Assembly: GCA_002245135.1 (NCBI GenBank)
Contig: NGBS01000918.1
Span: forward strand, 1 to 53,857
DNA: 53,857 bases
DNA from: Proteromonas lacertae
Lineage: Eukaryota
Direction: 5' to 3'
The translations under genes and the position numbers were made by a program. Under the pieces are notes generated by a model that was given only the letters and a program-made list of their open reading frames with translations, ran no database searches and was not told where the DNA came from. How positions within the stretch are numbered: position 1 is the stretch's first letter; the number at the start of each line of letters is the position of its first letter. This document shows, piece after piece, positions 1 through 12,758 of this stretch.

Positions 1-303
1 AACCCTAACCCTAACCCTAACCCTAACCCTAACCCTAACCCTAACCCTAACCCTAACCCTAACCCTAACCCCCTAACCCCCTAACCCTAACCCTAACCCT
101 AACCCTAACCCTAACCCTAACCCTAACCCTAACCCTAACCCTAACCCTAACCCTAACCCTAACCCTAACCCTAACCCTAACCCTAACCCTAACCCTAACC
201 CTAACCCCTAACCCTAACCCTAACCCTAACCCTAACCCTAACCCTAACCCTAACCCTAACCCTAACCCTAACCCTAACCCTAACCCCTAACCCTAACCCT
301 AAC
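1..303. repeat. Telomeric repeat array (CCCTAA)n / (TTAGGG)n, left chromosome end
   Basis: About 50 tandem CCCTAA units from base 1, with a few C4/C5 variant units near 69-84, 205 and 284; C-rich strand at the 5' end is the orientation of a true chromosome end. Confidence 0.98.
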
Positions 304-388
304 CATATAGAAGACAAATTTTACTATAAATTTTACTCATTTTTATTATTCACAATGATTTAAAATACATAAAAATTACATCTACTCA

Positions 389-1405
389 ATGTTGAATATA
401 CTAAATGTTATAAATGTATTATTAATCTCTTATTTAACTTCATTATCTTATTTTGAAAGAGTTATGTTAGTAAATATCTTTGTAGGTAATTCATTTAATA
501 ATTATTATGACTTACCTGTAATACCATTATTCTGTAGGAATAAATCAATTATATGTAATTTTTTATCTAATAATAGTAAAAATGTAAAATACGATGCTGT
601 TATTTATAATGGTAACAGAAGATTTCCTAGTAGAACAAATTATAAATATAGTATAATAATGACTACAGAAAAGTTAAGTCAAGTTAAATTTATGAAAGAA
701 ATAGGAGATGGAAAAAATTCGAACCATCAGCTTGCAGTTGATTATAGACTTTTTTCAAATAAAAACCATATATCATATCCAATATATTCTAATTATAATT
801 TAAGCATATTCTTAAAAGAAGCTAAAAGAAATTATGGAAATATGTCATTATTTATGAAAAGAAGAAATGTAGTATATATTCAAAGAGTATCATATCATAA
901 TAGAGTTAATTTAGTGAAAGAATTTATGAAATACATACCAGTAGACTCATATGGTAGAGATATGAATAATAAAGAATGGCCTAAAAATATTTCAAAATTG
1001 AATAAGTTAGAGATATTAAAGCAATATAAATTTTGTATTGCTATAGAAAATTCAATTATTACATGGAAAATAGGAAATAATTATGAAGCACCACAAATTA
1101 ATGATGATTATGTTACAGAAAAACTAACAGATTGTTTATTAGCAGGTAGTATACCAATCTATTTTGGTCCAAAAAATATTAACAATTTTCTTCCACATCC
1201 AACAGCAATTATAAACATTAGTAATTTTACATCAGTAAAATTCTTAACTGATTATATAAAGAAAGTTATGTACAACAAATATTTATTGACATATCATATG
1301 CAATGGATGAATAATATATCACAAGAATGGTTTAACCGATTCAATTATAACTTTAGTTTTAATTACTGTAAGATTTGTGAAAGAATAGTAAAAAATAAAC
1401 AATAA
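389..1405 (+). CDS. GT10 alpha-1,3/4-fucosyltransferase
   Basis: GT10 signature YKFCIAIENS...DYVTEKL...AGSIPIYFG, also VDSYG and an N-terminal hydrophobic anchor; intact intronless ORF. Confidence 0.9.
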   Translation: MLNILNVINVLLISYLTSLSYFERVMLVNIFVGNSFNNYYDLPVIPLFCRNKSIICNFLSNNSKNVKYDAVIYNGNRRFPSRTNYKYSIIMTTEKLSQVKFMKEIGDGKNSNHQLAVDYRLFSNKNHISYPIYSNYNLSIFLKEAKRNYGNMSLFMKRRNVVYIQRVSYHNRVNLVKEFMKYIPVDSYGRDMNNKEWPKNISKLNKLEILKQYKFCIAIENSIITWKIGNNYEAPQINDDYVTEKLTDCLLAGSIPIYFGPKNINNFLPHPTAIINISNFTSVKFLTDYIKKVMYNKYLLTYHMQWMNNISQEWFNRFNYNFSFNYCKICERIVKNKQ

Positions 1406-1414
1406 TTTATTAAA

Positions 1415-2128
1415 ATGATTATATATTTGTTATATGATTTAATTTTTATATTATTTACGATTGATATAATTTTGTATGATAAGAGTATGATGAAGTGTAA
1501 ATGGAAATCATTAAATGACACTTATGATAAATCAAGAGAATCAGTGTGTGAAAAATATATAAATATTATTAATTCAATAGGAATATACTATTTTTTATCA
1601 TTTGGATCTCAGCTTGGTGCTGTAAGAAATGGAGGTTTGATAAAACATGATGTAGATATTGATGTAATTATACCAGTATCTAAAAATCAACACATATTTA
1701 AGTGTAAAGAAGAGATTAGAGTAAACAATAATTACTATCAAGACAAATATGTATTATTAAAAGATAGTATATTACTTTGTAACAAAAATAGGAATTATTA
1801 TAATTTATTACTATATAAATATTTGAAAAGAAAATTTAAAAAATATAAAATACTAAAAACAAGATACACTAGCTTGGTTATAGCAATATACATATCTAAT
1901 ATTTTATATATTGATTTTTACATTACTTTAGCCAACGAATGGATATATAGAGATTATAATCTATGCAAGTGTAAATTTTGTAATACTTACGGAATTTGTC
2001 AAGTTAATTCTTATAACTTAACTCGGCTAATATATGGCAATGATTTCTATAAAGAAATAATGAACAAAAAATCCTCATTATCTCCTTATAGAATAAATGA
2101 ATCTAATATTATATATTTAAATAATTAA
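1415..2128 (+). CDS. licD: LicD/fukutin-family nucleotidyltransferase-fold protein (putative phosphocholine/phosphoryl-ligand transferase)
   Basis: YFLSFGSQLGAVRNGGLIKHDVDIDV matches the LicD motif GTLLGAVRHxGxIPWDDDxD; N-terminal membrane anchor. Confidence 0.85.
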   Translation: MIIYLLYDLIFILFTIDIILYDKSMMKCKWKSLNDTYDKSRESVCEKYINIINSIGIYYFLSFGSQLGAVRNGGLIKHDVDIDVIIPVSKNQHIFKCKEEIRVNNNYYQDKYVLLKDSILLCNKNRNYYNLLLYKYLKRKFKKYKILKTRYTSLVIAIYISNILYIDFYITLANEWIYRDYNLCKCKFCNTYGICQVNSYNLTRLIYGNDFYKEIMNKKSSLSPYRINESNIIYLNN

Positions 2129-2822
2129 TATTATACACCTAGAAAAGAATGTATATTAAAAAAGTCTATTTCTTCAAATTCATTGATATATCTATAAATA
2201 TGTCATTATATTTATCTTATTAAACAAAATACAAATTATGATATATAAAAATATAAAAACACTATTCAATTCAATAACAAATTCATCATTACTGTATAAT
2301 ATATATTCACACTATCAATTACTTTCTCCTGATAATGATATATATATGTATGATCATGACTAGTTATTATGCAGCAATTATATTGTTGAATAACATAATT
2401 TTTAAAAGAATCTATTATTTTTAATTTATAATTTTTAAGTTAATAAAATCTTTTGCAACAAAAATTAATCATACAGTTATTAATGTTTATCATATAGTTA
2501 TGCAATAATCGTACATATATATATATATATATAAATTTAAAATTAATCATAATTAGAAATACATATATTGATTATATTGATTATATTTCTATATCAAATG
2601 ATTGCGAAAAGTATATGTTTTCATCATCATTCAATAAGAACGTAAAATGTGAAATATTCATAGTTTTTGCAACATATTTATGTAAGTTTCATTCAATATC
2701 ATGACAAATTATTATTACTCACATGTGACAAAGTAAGCATAAAAGTAACATTTTTTTATTAAGAGTTTGTTTTAAATTTTCTATTGTTCATCACACCAAC
2801 CTCGTATAACAACTGTAAATAA

Positions 2823-4517
2823 TTATATTACAATACATTCATATAAATGCATTGTTAATGTATTTGAATATGACATTGTCAAGTGATGTCTATCTTTATA
2901 AACAATTATACCATTTGATAAAAACAAAATTTTATTATTGTTACATATATGTTTGTTCATATTACAATACTTTACTTTCTTATTACTAATGAATGGAATA
3001 GAAGTGATTGATGCATTAATTCCAACAATTGCATAACAATTGCTTTTATCCTCTTTTGAATAGACGCAGTTTAAAGGGTGTGAATATATATAAGGTATAT
3101 CTTCAATTATATATACCCTAGAAGTATAATTTAATAATATATATATATATTTATTAAAATGAGGTTGTAATGTAGAAATATTTTTAATATATTGATTAGA
3201 TATAAAAAAAGATGAGATAATAGTGTTATTTAGAATCTTATATTTTTCTAAAACGTTATATACTCTTAAAAATAACTCAAATTCTATTAGATTTGCATGA
3301 AAACCATAATAAATTATTCCATATTTCTTTGATTTTGCAATTCTAATTAATGATGGAAACCACTGCATAAGATGCGAATCTCCTAACAACAAAAGATTAT
3401 TTGTTTGATTAATTTTGTATGGATTATATTTTTTGAGGTAAATATAAGAATTTTCATATTCTTTCATTGGATTAATTTTTGGAGCAATAATAATGTTATT
3501 GAATTTTGTATTATATATTGATCTTCTATTTTCTATATATATAATGATTAGTAAAGGTAAAAGCAGAGATATTATAAACAATATTCTATTATTTAAATTC
3601 TTTGTATAAGATAGAATGATGGATAATAATAATAACACCATCATATAAATAAATATATTGTATAGATTTAATATAATTAATGGATAATGTATAAGATATA
3701 ACTCATATGATAAATTACCTATTATATATAACACACTGTTATTCAGAATAAAATATTCATTTAATGAATTTGAATAAATCATTCTCAATAATAATGAAGA
3801 TAATATATTTATTGCCAAAAATTTAAATAATCTACATACTTTTATATCCACTAATTGTATTATAATTATTATAAATGCAAATAAGTTTTGGTTAAAATAA
3901 TAATTATTTGTTGAAGTTAGTATTCTATTAGAAAGCATACCAATTATAAATTCAAATGCTCTACTAAAAATTAAATAATAAGAAAAAGATGGATTGATAA
4001 AAATAGAATAAGAAAATACACTGAAACTTGATAATAGTATAAAATAAAGCAGTTTCTTATTGTTAATATAAAATACTAGTAATATAGGATATATGATATA
4101 TAATTGTTGTTGTAAAGATATGTACCAGAAATGCAATGTATATGAAGGATTATCAAATTGGCTAAAATAATTTATATCTTTTTTATAGAAATAAGTATTT
4201 GAACTCATTTTAATGACAGACATAATTTCATCATATAAACTAATTTTCATGTTGTAGCTATTGTTTCTATTAAAGTATATGATAAACAAAACAGTAATGA
4301 AAAGCTGTGGCAATATATTGACAATTCTCCTATAATAAAAATATATAGTACTAAATTTTCTATTCAATGAGCTGTAATTAATTATATATCCAGATATTTG
4401 TAAAAAAATAGATACACTTAAATATCCATCAGTTTTTTCTTTTTTCAAATAATGATATAATATAATAAAAATAATTGATATGCCTCTTAGCTGTTGTATA
4501 TAAGTATTTTGAATCAT
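2823..4517 (-). CDS. OafA/OatA-like O-acyltransferase (Acyl_transf_3 membrane domain + C-terminal SGNH domain)
   Basis: N-terminal LRGISIIFIILYH, FLQISGYII, HFWYISL; many TM segments; SGNH motifs LLGDSH and YKDRHHL (DxxH). Confidence 0.88.
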   Translation of the reverse strand: MIQNTYIQQLRGISIIFIILYHYLKKEKTDGYLSVSIFLQISGYIINYSSLNRKFSTIYFYYRRIVNILPQLFITVLFIIYFNRNNSYNMKISLYDEIMSVIKMSSNTYFYKKDINYFSQFDNPSYTLHFWYISLQQQLYIIYPILLVFYINNKKLLYFILLSSFSVFSYSIFINPSFSYYLIFSRAFEFIIGMLSNRILTSTNNYYFNQNLFAFIIIIIQLVDIKVCRLFKFLAINILSSLLLRMIYSNSLNEYFILNNSVLYIIGNLSYELYLIHYPLIILNLYNIFIYMMVLLLLSIILSYTKNLNNRILFIISLLLPLLIIIYIENRRSIYNTKFNNIIIAPKINPMKEYENSYIYLKKYNPYKINQTNNLLLLGDSHLMQWFPSLIRIAKSKKYGIIYYGFHANLIEFELFLRVYNVLEKYKILNNTIISSFFISNQYIKNISTLQPHFNKYIYILLNYTSRVYIIEDIPYIYSHPLNCVYSKEDKSNCYAIVGINASITSIPFISNKKVKYCNMNKHICNNNKILFLSNGIIVYKDRHHLTMSYSNTLTMHLYECIVI

Positions 4518-5385
4518 ATTAACTTATTTTCATATTACAACTATTATTTCTATTTACATATCTTGACAATATTTTAAAAATATAATTTTAAATTGCATCC
4601 TTTATATGGATATTTCCAAGCTCTTAGTATCTTATTTTTATATAGTACATATTCACATTCTAATTTTGCAGATAATTTATTATTATTTATTTGATATAGA
4701 TTGTTATAATTGATTATTTGTAGACAATTATTTAAAAATGAAATTATTATATCATAAGTCTTTCTTTGAACTTATTATTCTATGGATTACATTCTCTATA
4801 AATGAAACATATTTAAGGAAACATAGTAAGTATATAGAAGGGGATTTACTGCTAGAACACCTACTAGAACATATAACGATGAATTAAGACAAATCTGCAA
4901 CTCCTCCTCCTTCTTTGAAACAATCTCAACTACCAAGGAGCTGATGAACCATCAATGATATCGGGGTGAACAATGACTCCTCGGTAAAGTCAATGAAGAT
5001 ATCAGTATCTAATTTCCCTATTCGTGTATTGTTTTGGTAAGTGCGGCATATGCATACGAAGCAATGACTGTGAAGGTTATTCAACTCAAGTTTGTATCTG
5101 AGGGGTTTAGATACTTACTTACTAATACTATGTCGATGATCCCTTTCTCACTGATCTTTAACAACAAACCTTCTAGTGTATTTACTGTTGTACATAGTAG
5201 CAGGCATTGTAAGTTCAGTGTTGTATCTTTCAACTTGAAAAGGCTTGAGATTTGTATATTTGTTTTATGTAATATGAAATGGCTTGATAAAAAGTATAAG
5301 CATAATGAAATAACATAAGTTAGAATATACATTTCTGTATAAGAATTAAAGAAAGTATTATAACTAAGTTAAATAATTGAAGTAT

Positions 5386-6249
5386 ATGAAATCAAGTATT
5401 TTCTTTTTGGTATTATTTTTATTCTTTTCATTTTCGTTAATCAAAGTTATCTCTAATAAAAAATCTTTAGTCATAATAGATAAAGTAAATTCCATAATTC
5501 CTCCTTTCATAATAAATGATCAATATTTTTACTTTGTAAGAACAAAATACAGAAACATTTCATTCAATCAATATATTAGAAGCAATGATATAATATCAAA
5601 TCACATTAAAATAAAAGGTAGATGGGATGAATGTCAAAATATCTTTGATATATGGAATTCCAGTAAAGAAAAGGGTATTTTTCTTGATTTGGGTGCTAAT
5701 ATTGGTTCATGTTCTTTTCTTTTTGCAGAGATTGGAGTAAAGGTAATTGCTTTCGAGCCTTTATCTAACAATTTATTTCCTTTTAGTGTGACAACTTTTT
5801 GTAATTCATATTATAAAAACTTAATTACAATATATCCATATGCATTAGGAAAAGAAGAAAAAGAACAATTAATATACATATTAAAGAATAATTGGGGAGC
5901 TTCATCTATGTATTATAAATTCACTGATTATAATCAAACTATAACTGTAAAGACACTAGATAGCTTTAAAGATATTATTCCAAATAATATTTCGATGATA
6001 AAAATTGATGTTGAAGGTGGAGAATATGATCTTTTACTTGGAGGAACTAATTTCTTTAAATCTCATCATACCGAGTTTATGTATATAGAGGCTTCATGCG
6101 GTACAGTGAATGAAAATGGTAAATATGAAATTGAAAAGCTATACAAACTTATATCAGATTTAGGTTATGATATAGATAATAAAATTAATTGTAGTAAAAG
6201 AAAAGTAGGTAATATTGTTGTTAAGTCAAAGTTACTAAGAAATAAATAA
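5386..6249 (+). CDS. FkbM-family SAM-dependent methyltransferase with N-terminal signal anchor
   Basis: FLDLGANIG, VIAFEP, KIDVEGGE motifs; first in-frame ATG at 5386. Confidence 0.88.
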   Translation: MKSSIFFLVLFLFFSFSLIKVISNKKSLVIIDKVNSIIPPFIINDQYFYFVRTKYRNISFNQYIRSNDIISNHIKIKGRWDECQNIFDIWNSSKEKGIFLDLGANIGSCSFLFAEIGVKVIAFEPLSNNLFPFSVTTFCNSYYKNLITIYPYALGKEEKEQLIYILKNNWGASSMYYKFTDYNQTITVKTLDSFKDIIPNNISMIKIDVEGGEYDLLLGGTNFFKSHHTEFMYIEASCGTVNENGKYEIEKLYKLISDLGYDIDNKINCSKRKVGNIVVKSKLLRNK

Positions 6250-6369
6250 AAATGAGATATACATAAGTGATTATCTAAAAATAGAAAAACTAAAATATAT
6301 TTTCATTTTAAAGAACATATCAATAGAAAACACTAAGAATATTTATATAAAATCTCTTATCATATATGC

Positions 6370-8206
6370 TTAATCACCACTTATCATGCAATCTCTTATT
6401 TTCCATCTGTTATTGCAGCATATGATTAAATCATAATATTTCTTTTTCTCAAACAGCACTTCTTTTTGTTGCTTTATAAATCTGTAATTCAGCTGTCGAA
6501 TAAAGTATGGATATAGATGTTTAACAAATGTCGGATTTAAATGATGTCTATCAAAATAAACAACATAATTATCTTTAATGAATGGACAAATTCTTCTTTT
6601 ACATATATATTTATTTAAATCTATAACTTTTGCACACTTAGTTTGTGGATAAAGATATCTAGTAAAATTTTTGCCTATATATCCATGGCATATTGTACTC
6701 TTTTTTGTAACACATAAACTTACATATTTTTTATTATCAAGAAATCCAGTATTTTGAATAATGTATATATCTTTAGTATAGTTTGATTTATATAGCAACT
6801 CCACATATTTTAAAAACCTTAAAGAAAATAATGTAAAATTAGTCATATAAGGTTTATAGCTCAAATAGTTTGATAGAAATATAATTTTTATACCTCCAAC
6901 AATACTTAGAATATCAAATATATCTTTGAATCTACCTTTTTCTATATAAGTTGCCCAATAATATATATGAAAAACAGGATATCCATTTTTCAAAGCTAAT
7001 TTATTTATGATTGGAGACCATTGTTGTATATGACAATCTCCTAATAATACAAATTTATATATTTTATTAAAATTTGTATCTAATTCTTTTAATGGACATT
7101 CAATAAATGTTTTTTGCATAATCATAAAACTATGATAATCGCTTACTTCACCAAAAGATTGATTGATATTTAATTTAAAAGTATTTAATACTACAAATAA
7201 ATATCTAATAAGTATGTAATTAAGTAGTAAAAAAAGTATAAGAACTACATTTGATGATGTTTTAATTATAGAATATTTGAATTCTATTAGATTATAAGAT
7301 AAAACACTTAGTATGTATATTAAAATTAATTTATATTTAAAATTTAAATCATTAAACAAAAGTAGAAAAGGATAATGAATAATATACAAACTATATGATA
7401 TTCTTCCGATTGATTTAAATAAATTACTATTTAATATGAAATTATATTGATATTTATTTATGATTATAATATTTGTGAATAGAACAGGAATTAAAGTAAC
7501 ATAGTATGGATATAAATAATACTGGCTATTAAAAGAATATGAAAAACACATTAGTGCTATTATTGAAATTAATATAGCAAGAATATTTGAATTTAATTTT
7601 CTTTTTATTTATAATATAAGATCCAAATCCTATACCCCAAAACCGTGTTTCTAATGAAAAATAAGCATATGATTGTTCAATTTTGCTATATTTTATACAC
7701 ATGATGAAGGATAAAACAGATAAAATGGTGACTATTGTGTAGCTAATATTATAAAATAAATGAAGTATAAATGGTCATATAAAATAAAATAGTTGTTGTA
7801 ATGATAGTGTCCAAAAATGTAATAACAATGATTGTTGGTCTTCTTGTGATAAGTAATTTATTGACTTTTTATAAAATCTGTAATTTATAAATCCAATAAC
7901 AGAGAACAATATATCAAGTACTAGTTCTTTTTCTATATTCGAATTAAAGATTATTAACAAAAATATCCAAACTACATAACATGAATGTAAAAGTCTCTTT
8001 ATTCTATTTGAATAAAATTTTGAATAATAAAATGTACTATTTTCAATCGACTCTAATATACTTTTAGTTATAAAATATCCTGTTATAGAAAAAAATATAT
8101 CCACACCTATTAATCCACCAAGCATATAGTCTACTTTATAATGATATAAATATATAATAATTATAGCAAAACCTCGCAATCCTATTATATCATTCCTAAT
8201 TTTCAT
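6370..8206 (-). pseudogene. Second OafA-like AT3-SGNH O-acyltransferase, disrupted
   Basis: The ORFs 7775-8206 and 6370-7551 are one gene. Reading through the TGA at 7775-7777 gives FYFI*PFIL...YAYFSLETRFWG, with the stop at the conserved W of the FYxxWP motif; there is a frameshift near 7590-7610; the SGNH nucleophile motif reads GDCH and DRHHL is retained. Confidence 0.8.
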
Positions 8207-8379
8207 GTGATTTATAAATTATTACTCCTCCCAAATGAAATGGCTTATATTTTGTTGGTTTATGTGTTTTGTAATACCAAAATGATTCTGTAATAATTTT
8301 GTACTTCTATTATCCATTTTATTTTACCAGCTAACATATACCCACCAAATATTACTAAAATTACTATGTGGAATATAAT

Positions 8380-9300
8380 TTAAAGTTTAGGTTGCTTTAA
8401 TGAGTTAGATACATTAAAAGCAGAACCTGAATGATTTATAGATTTTGAGTGATTAATGTAAAATATAAAAGATTGTGGAATAGATTTTGTTGAAATATAC
8501 CAATCTATATGATGAGATATATATGGTGATAATGACCTATATGATTTCTTAAATTGTCTTTTAAATTTTGTATTTCTTTTTCTCATACCAAATATTGTAT
8601 CTATATCTGCTTCAACAAGCGAATAATAATTATTCTTGTATAACACATCATAATGATTTGTGGATATATAACGAGTTTCAAATTTGTATATTTTTCTATA
8701 ATCAGGAAAATATGTAGAAATATCATTTACCATTAATGATGGACCTATTACATTGACATCGCAATTCGTTAATACTGTACTGTAAAAATCAAATATGTTG
8801 TAAGGAATATTAACTAGAATGATATCTATATCAGACAGGATATAGTATTTTATATAATTATATATATTAAGATATTTAGTTATTATTATAGGAACTTCTT
8901 TGTCTATGGCAATTTTCCAATCTGATTCTTTGAGATAATGAACTTTTATATGTAACTTTTCTTTTAAATAACTATAAAAATGAAGTAATGGTTTATATGT
9001 AGTAAAATGATCCAGAATTATTATTATTATTTCTACAGTCTTTTTGTACTTTAACCAATACTTCAATGAATAATATGTAGCATATAATCTATCTCTAGAA
9101 AGAAGAAAAACTAAAAGATATGATATATGTATTTCATTCAATGGATATGTACAATTTATAGAATTTAAATTATTCATATTTAAATTATCAAAATCTTTTA
9201 TTTTTTCAAACAGATTATTTGGATAGACTTGTATATAATTAATAAAATAAAATGTAAATATAATACATAAAATGAAGAAAATATATATAAAAAAATCCAT
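8380..9300 (-). CDS. GT-A fold (GT2-like) glycosyltransferase, type II membrane protein
   Basis: SRDRL, IIILDHFTTYKPLL, YYILSDIDI (DxD), ADIDTIFGM, HIDWY resemble a bacterial GT2-like family. Likely start is MDFFIYIFF at 9300, although the ORF is open to 9414. Confidence 0.6.
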   Translation of the reverse strand: MDFFIYIFFILCIIFTFYFINYIQVYPNNLFEKIKDFDNLNMNNLNSINCTYPLNEIHISYLLVFLLSRDRLYATYYSLKYWLKYKKTVEIIIIILDHFTTYKPLLHFYSYLKEKLHIKVHYLKESDWKIAIDKEVPIIITKYLNIYNYIKYYILSDIDIILVNIPYNIFDFYSTVLTNCDVNVIGPSLMVNDISTYFPDYRKIYKFETRYISTNHYDVLYKNNYYSLVEADIDTIFGMRKRNTKFKRQFKKSYRSLSPYISHHIDWYISTKSIPQSFIFYINHSKSINHSGSAFNVSNSLKQPKL

Positions 9301-9412
9301 ATTATAAGTCAGATTAAAGTAAATAGTTCTATAAGACTTACTAATTGTAATTGATATAATCATTATAAAATTTTGAGTTATCAATATTGCTATTATTATA
9401 TAAGTGATTAAC

Positions 9413-10904
9413 ATGGGTATTTATTCTATAAAATTAATTCTATAGATACAAGACAAAAAATGATAAGCTATTGGTGTCAACATAGTAAAGAATTGTCTTT
9501 AAAAGAGATGTTATTAGATAATAATGCAGAAATTATAACTGTTAGTGATAGGGATGAAATATTAAAAATCATTCCTTGTTTAACAGGTAAAAGTGTAATT
9601 GAAATTGGTGCTGGAATAGGTAGGTTAACAGAGTGTATAGCAAAAATATGTGAATCATTAAAAGCAGTAGATTTTATTGAAGCATTTATTAAAAAAGTAT
9701 TATTATTTTATATGTAAAGTAATAGAATCAAGAAGTAAATGGACATTATTCTCATGTTACTTTTGAATGTAATGATGCTACAAAAATGATAGAAAAGCCT
9801 CAATCATACAATTTTATATTCACAAATTGGCTGTTAATGTATTTAAATGACGATGAGTGTAAAGATTTTGCTAGAAAGTCTTTATGTTGGTTAAAAGAAG
9901 GAGGATATATATTTGTAAGAGAATCATGTTTTTATCAATCAGGTGATAAAGAGAGAAATTTTAATCCTACTTTTTATAGAAATAATGAATACTATTACAA
10001 TTTATTTAATAGAACATCTGATAAAACATATTCCTATCAATTAATAAAAAATGGAAATATTAAAACATATGAAGATTTTAAAAATAACAAGAATCAATCT
10101 TATTGGTTATTTCAAAAAGTTAAGTCAAATAATATTCCTTATAATTGTACTTTGCAAATATTTCTAGACAATCAAAAATTTACTTATAATAACATATTAC
10201 AGTATGAGAAACTATATGGTTATGGCTTTTCCAGCTTAGGTGGTTTAAAAACAACAAGTTCTATTGTAGATAAAATGAATTTAAAGCAAAACCAACTTGT
10301 ACTAGATGTTGGATGCGGTATAGGAGGAGAAGATATATTTATGGCAAATAAGTATGGAGTGATTGTACATGGAATTGATATATCAGCAAATATGATAAAT
10401 GTGGCAATACAAAGAGCTAAAGAGTTTAATTGTGTATATATTTTATATATATTATAGCCAAATGTTACATTTTTTTTATCAAATATAGTGAATACTGAAT
10501 ATGAAGAAAATAAATTTGATATTATATACAGTAGAGAAGCATTATTATATAACAATAATAAAAAAGAAATACTTAACAAATTCTACAAATGGTTAAAACC
10601 TGATGGTAAAATATTTATATCAGATTTTTGTTACGAAAAAGATGAAGAAGCATCATTTCATGGACATAAACTATTAATTGAATCTGTAGGTTTTAATATT
10701 ATCAATATAGTAGATGGTACAAAGCAATTGTTCGATTTACTAAAAGAAATAAAAGAACAAGCAATACTTCTCAAGAAGTCATTACATGATATCTGTGGTG
10801 TAGAATCATACAAAGAGTTACTAAAAGAATGTGATAAACAACTTGAAAAATGTAAATCCGGTTATATTAAATGGGGATTATTTCATTGTTTAAAGAAAAA
10901 ATGA
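9413..10904 (+). CDS. PEAMT: Two-domain phosphoethanolamine N-methyltransferase (plant-type PEAMT/PMT), 3 introns
   Basis: VIEIGAGIGR, NWLLMYL, RESCFYQSGD, VLDVGCGIGG, FDIIYSRE, KWLKPDGK, WGLF. Removing GT-AG introns 9417-9445 (29 nt), 9697-9725 (29 nt) and 10434-10457 (24 nt) joins the ORF pieces in frame (MDTRQKMISYW...IKK|NQEVNGH...FNC|PNVTF). Confidence 0.92.
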
Positions 10905-11199
10905 TATATGATTGTCTATTTTTGATGATGTTTTTTATTTCGCTTAATCATAATTCTATAAAATACTTATAATATCCAACTCCAACACTTATCATACTCG
11001 TGTTATTACTAGATCAACATAAATATGCAATTGCAGACAGTGCTTTACCAAGAAGAATCAGGAATTTGATTTTAAATATTCATAATATTTATGAGAACTT
11101 TCAATAAAATATTCAAGCTTTTATATCTTTAAGATTTATTATACATTCAGTATGTTATATTTATTATATAGTGTAATAGCTTACCTCCAGTAACAACTG

Positions 11200-11430
11200 T
11201 TACCTGTAACGTCTGTCACTAATGAAATTATATTAACAAGAAAAAAGAAAAATTACACAAAAATAACCCAACAACAAATGGATGTGTTAAAATCAATTTA
11301 TAGAAGAAAACCTATTAGAAACTATTCTGAATTATCAGGTATTAAAGGTACAAGAATAAGAAACCTTTTAACTTTATTGAATAAGATATATCGATGTTAA
11401 ATCCAAAATTGCAAAAGGAAGAAATCGTTT
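11200..11430 (+). pseudogene. Degenerate fragment of an HTH-like (possibly transposase N-terminal) coding sequence
   Basis: Translation NYTKITQQQMDVLKSIY...PIRNYSELSGIKGTRIRNLLTLLNK is similar to the 12759-13022 ORF. Confidence 0.35.
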
Positions 11431-11668
11431 TACATTAGAATATAGAGTTGTTCAATAATAATAATAAAACTATGATGAAGTTACATAACCTTCTATCAAA
11501 ACTATCACTATAATAAAAAAATCTATTTTCATTAATTTGCACTAACTATTTCATTTTATTAAAACATAAAATTTGGATTGATATTGAATTTGATATAACA
11601 AAGCCATTTTAAAATATCATTATAAGATATTTCTTTTTATTGTTACAATTCTTTATTATATTATTGTT

Positions 11669-12600
11669 TTGATATTAAATTATAAAACATATTTAAATAT
11701 TTATGATTATACTTTTATAACTACATTACCACCTTTGTATTCATATAATCACAATATATTTAATAAATCATTGTCTAGTTTATTAAAAGTAGTAAATGAA
11801 AATGGACTAATCGTAATATATTATCAATGTGATATTAAATCATATTACATACATTGTTTAAATAAATGTCTATTCATTAAAATTTCCAAGTATATCTTAT
11901 CAAAATTAAATTTTAGGAATAATAGTTATGGATCTCCATTCTTTTATCCAATGATAAAAGAATCAATAACATTAACAAATTGTAAATTTATTATTTATTT
12001 TAATTCTGATATTGTATTTCATAAGAATATTGGGAAAATAATAAAACAATTACTTAATAATTATAATCTTTTACACAAAGAAATATTGATTGTAGGAAAG
12101 AGAGGAGATATATCTTGGAGATATTATTCCATATATGCAAACCATGACAATGTATGGAAAAAAAGCAAGATTCATTCTGGAAAAGGAATAGATTATTTTA
12201 TTTTTTCAAGATATTCTTTTACATATTCTAAAATAATCATTCTAAATCAAATAATAGTAGGAAGAGTAAGATATGATAATATTATTTTGGCATTGATGCT
12301 AAATGATAATAACTCGATTGTTGTTGATAGTACATATTTTGTAAAAGCAATACATCTAAGTATATCAAAAAAGGAGAAAAAAGAATTAATAAACGTATAT
12401 ATATATATCACATACAATATTATTAGCATCAAATTCATAATGATTATTTCTATAACTGTAATGTAATAAAGAAATTCAAAATCGATTATTGCACAACTAT
12501 AGGATCAATAGATAATATAAAGATCCATCTTGATGAAAAGAATTATGCATCTACGTTTATGAACATATCTAAATGTAAAAATAAATGTGTGATGATATAA
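11669..12600 (+). CDS. Glycosyltransferase-like protein (GT-A-like), 1 intron, start uncertain
   Basis: IIYFNSDIVF, GIDYFIFS, VGRVRYDN, VDST..AIH. Intron 12395-12426 (32 nt) extends the frame to TAA at 12600. Hydrophobic anchor upstream, but no in-frame ATG found. Confidence 0.5.
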
Positions 12601-12758
12601 ATATTTATAGTGATTATGAAATTCATTATGAGAGATATTGTAATAAATTAGTGAATAAATTTCCTCCTTCAATAAATAGTCATTTCAATTCATATTGTCA
12701 CAATGACTCTATATAATCAGCTCCATAAATAGAGTATGTTTCTTAAGATGGTAGAGCT

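Noticed and set aside
61..290. Variant telomere units (CCCCTAA, CCCCCTAA) as a biological signal
   Set aside because: They are few and indistinguishable from homopolymer sequencing error or ordinary proximal degeneration.
9300..9415. Overlapping divergent start codons (CAT/ATG at 9412-9415) for the GT2-like gene and PEAMT
   Set aside because: The GT2-like gene more plausibly starts at 9300, directly before its membrane anchor, leaving a normal short divergent promoter.
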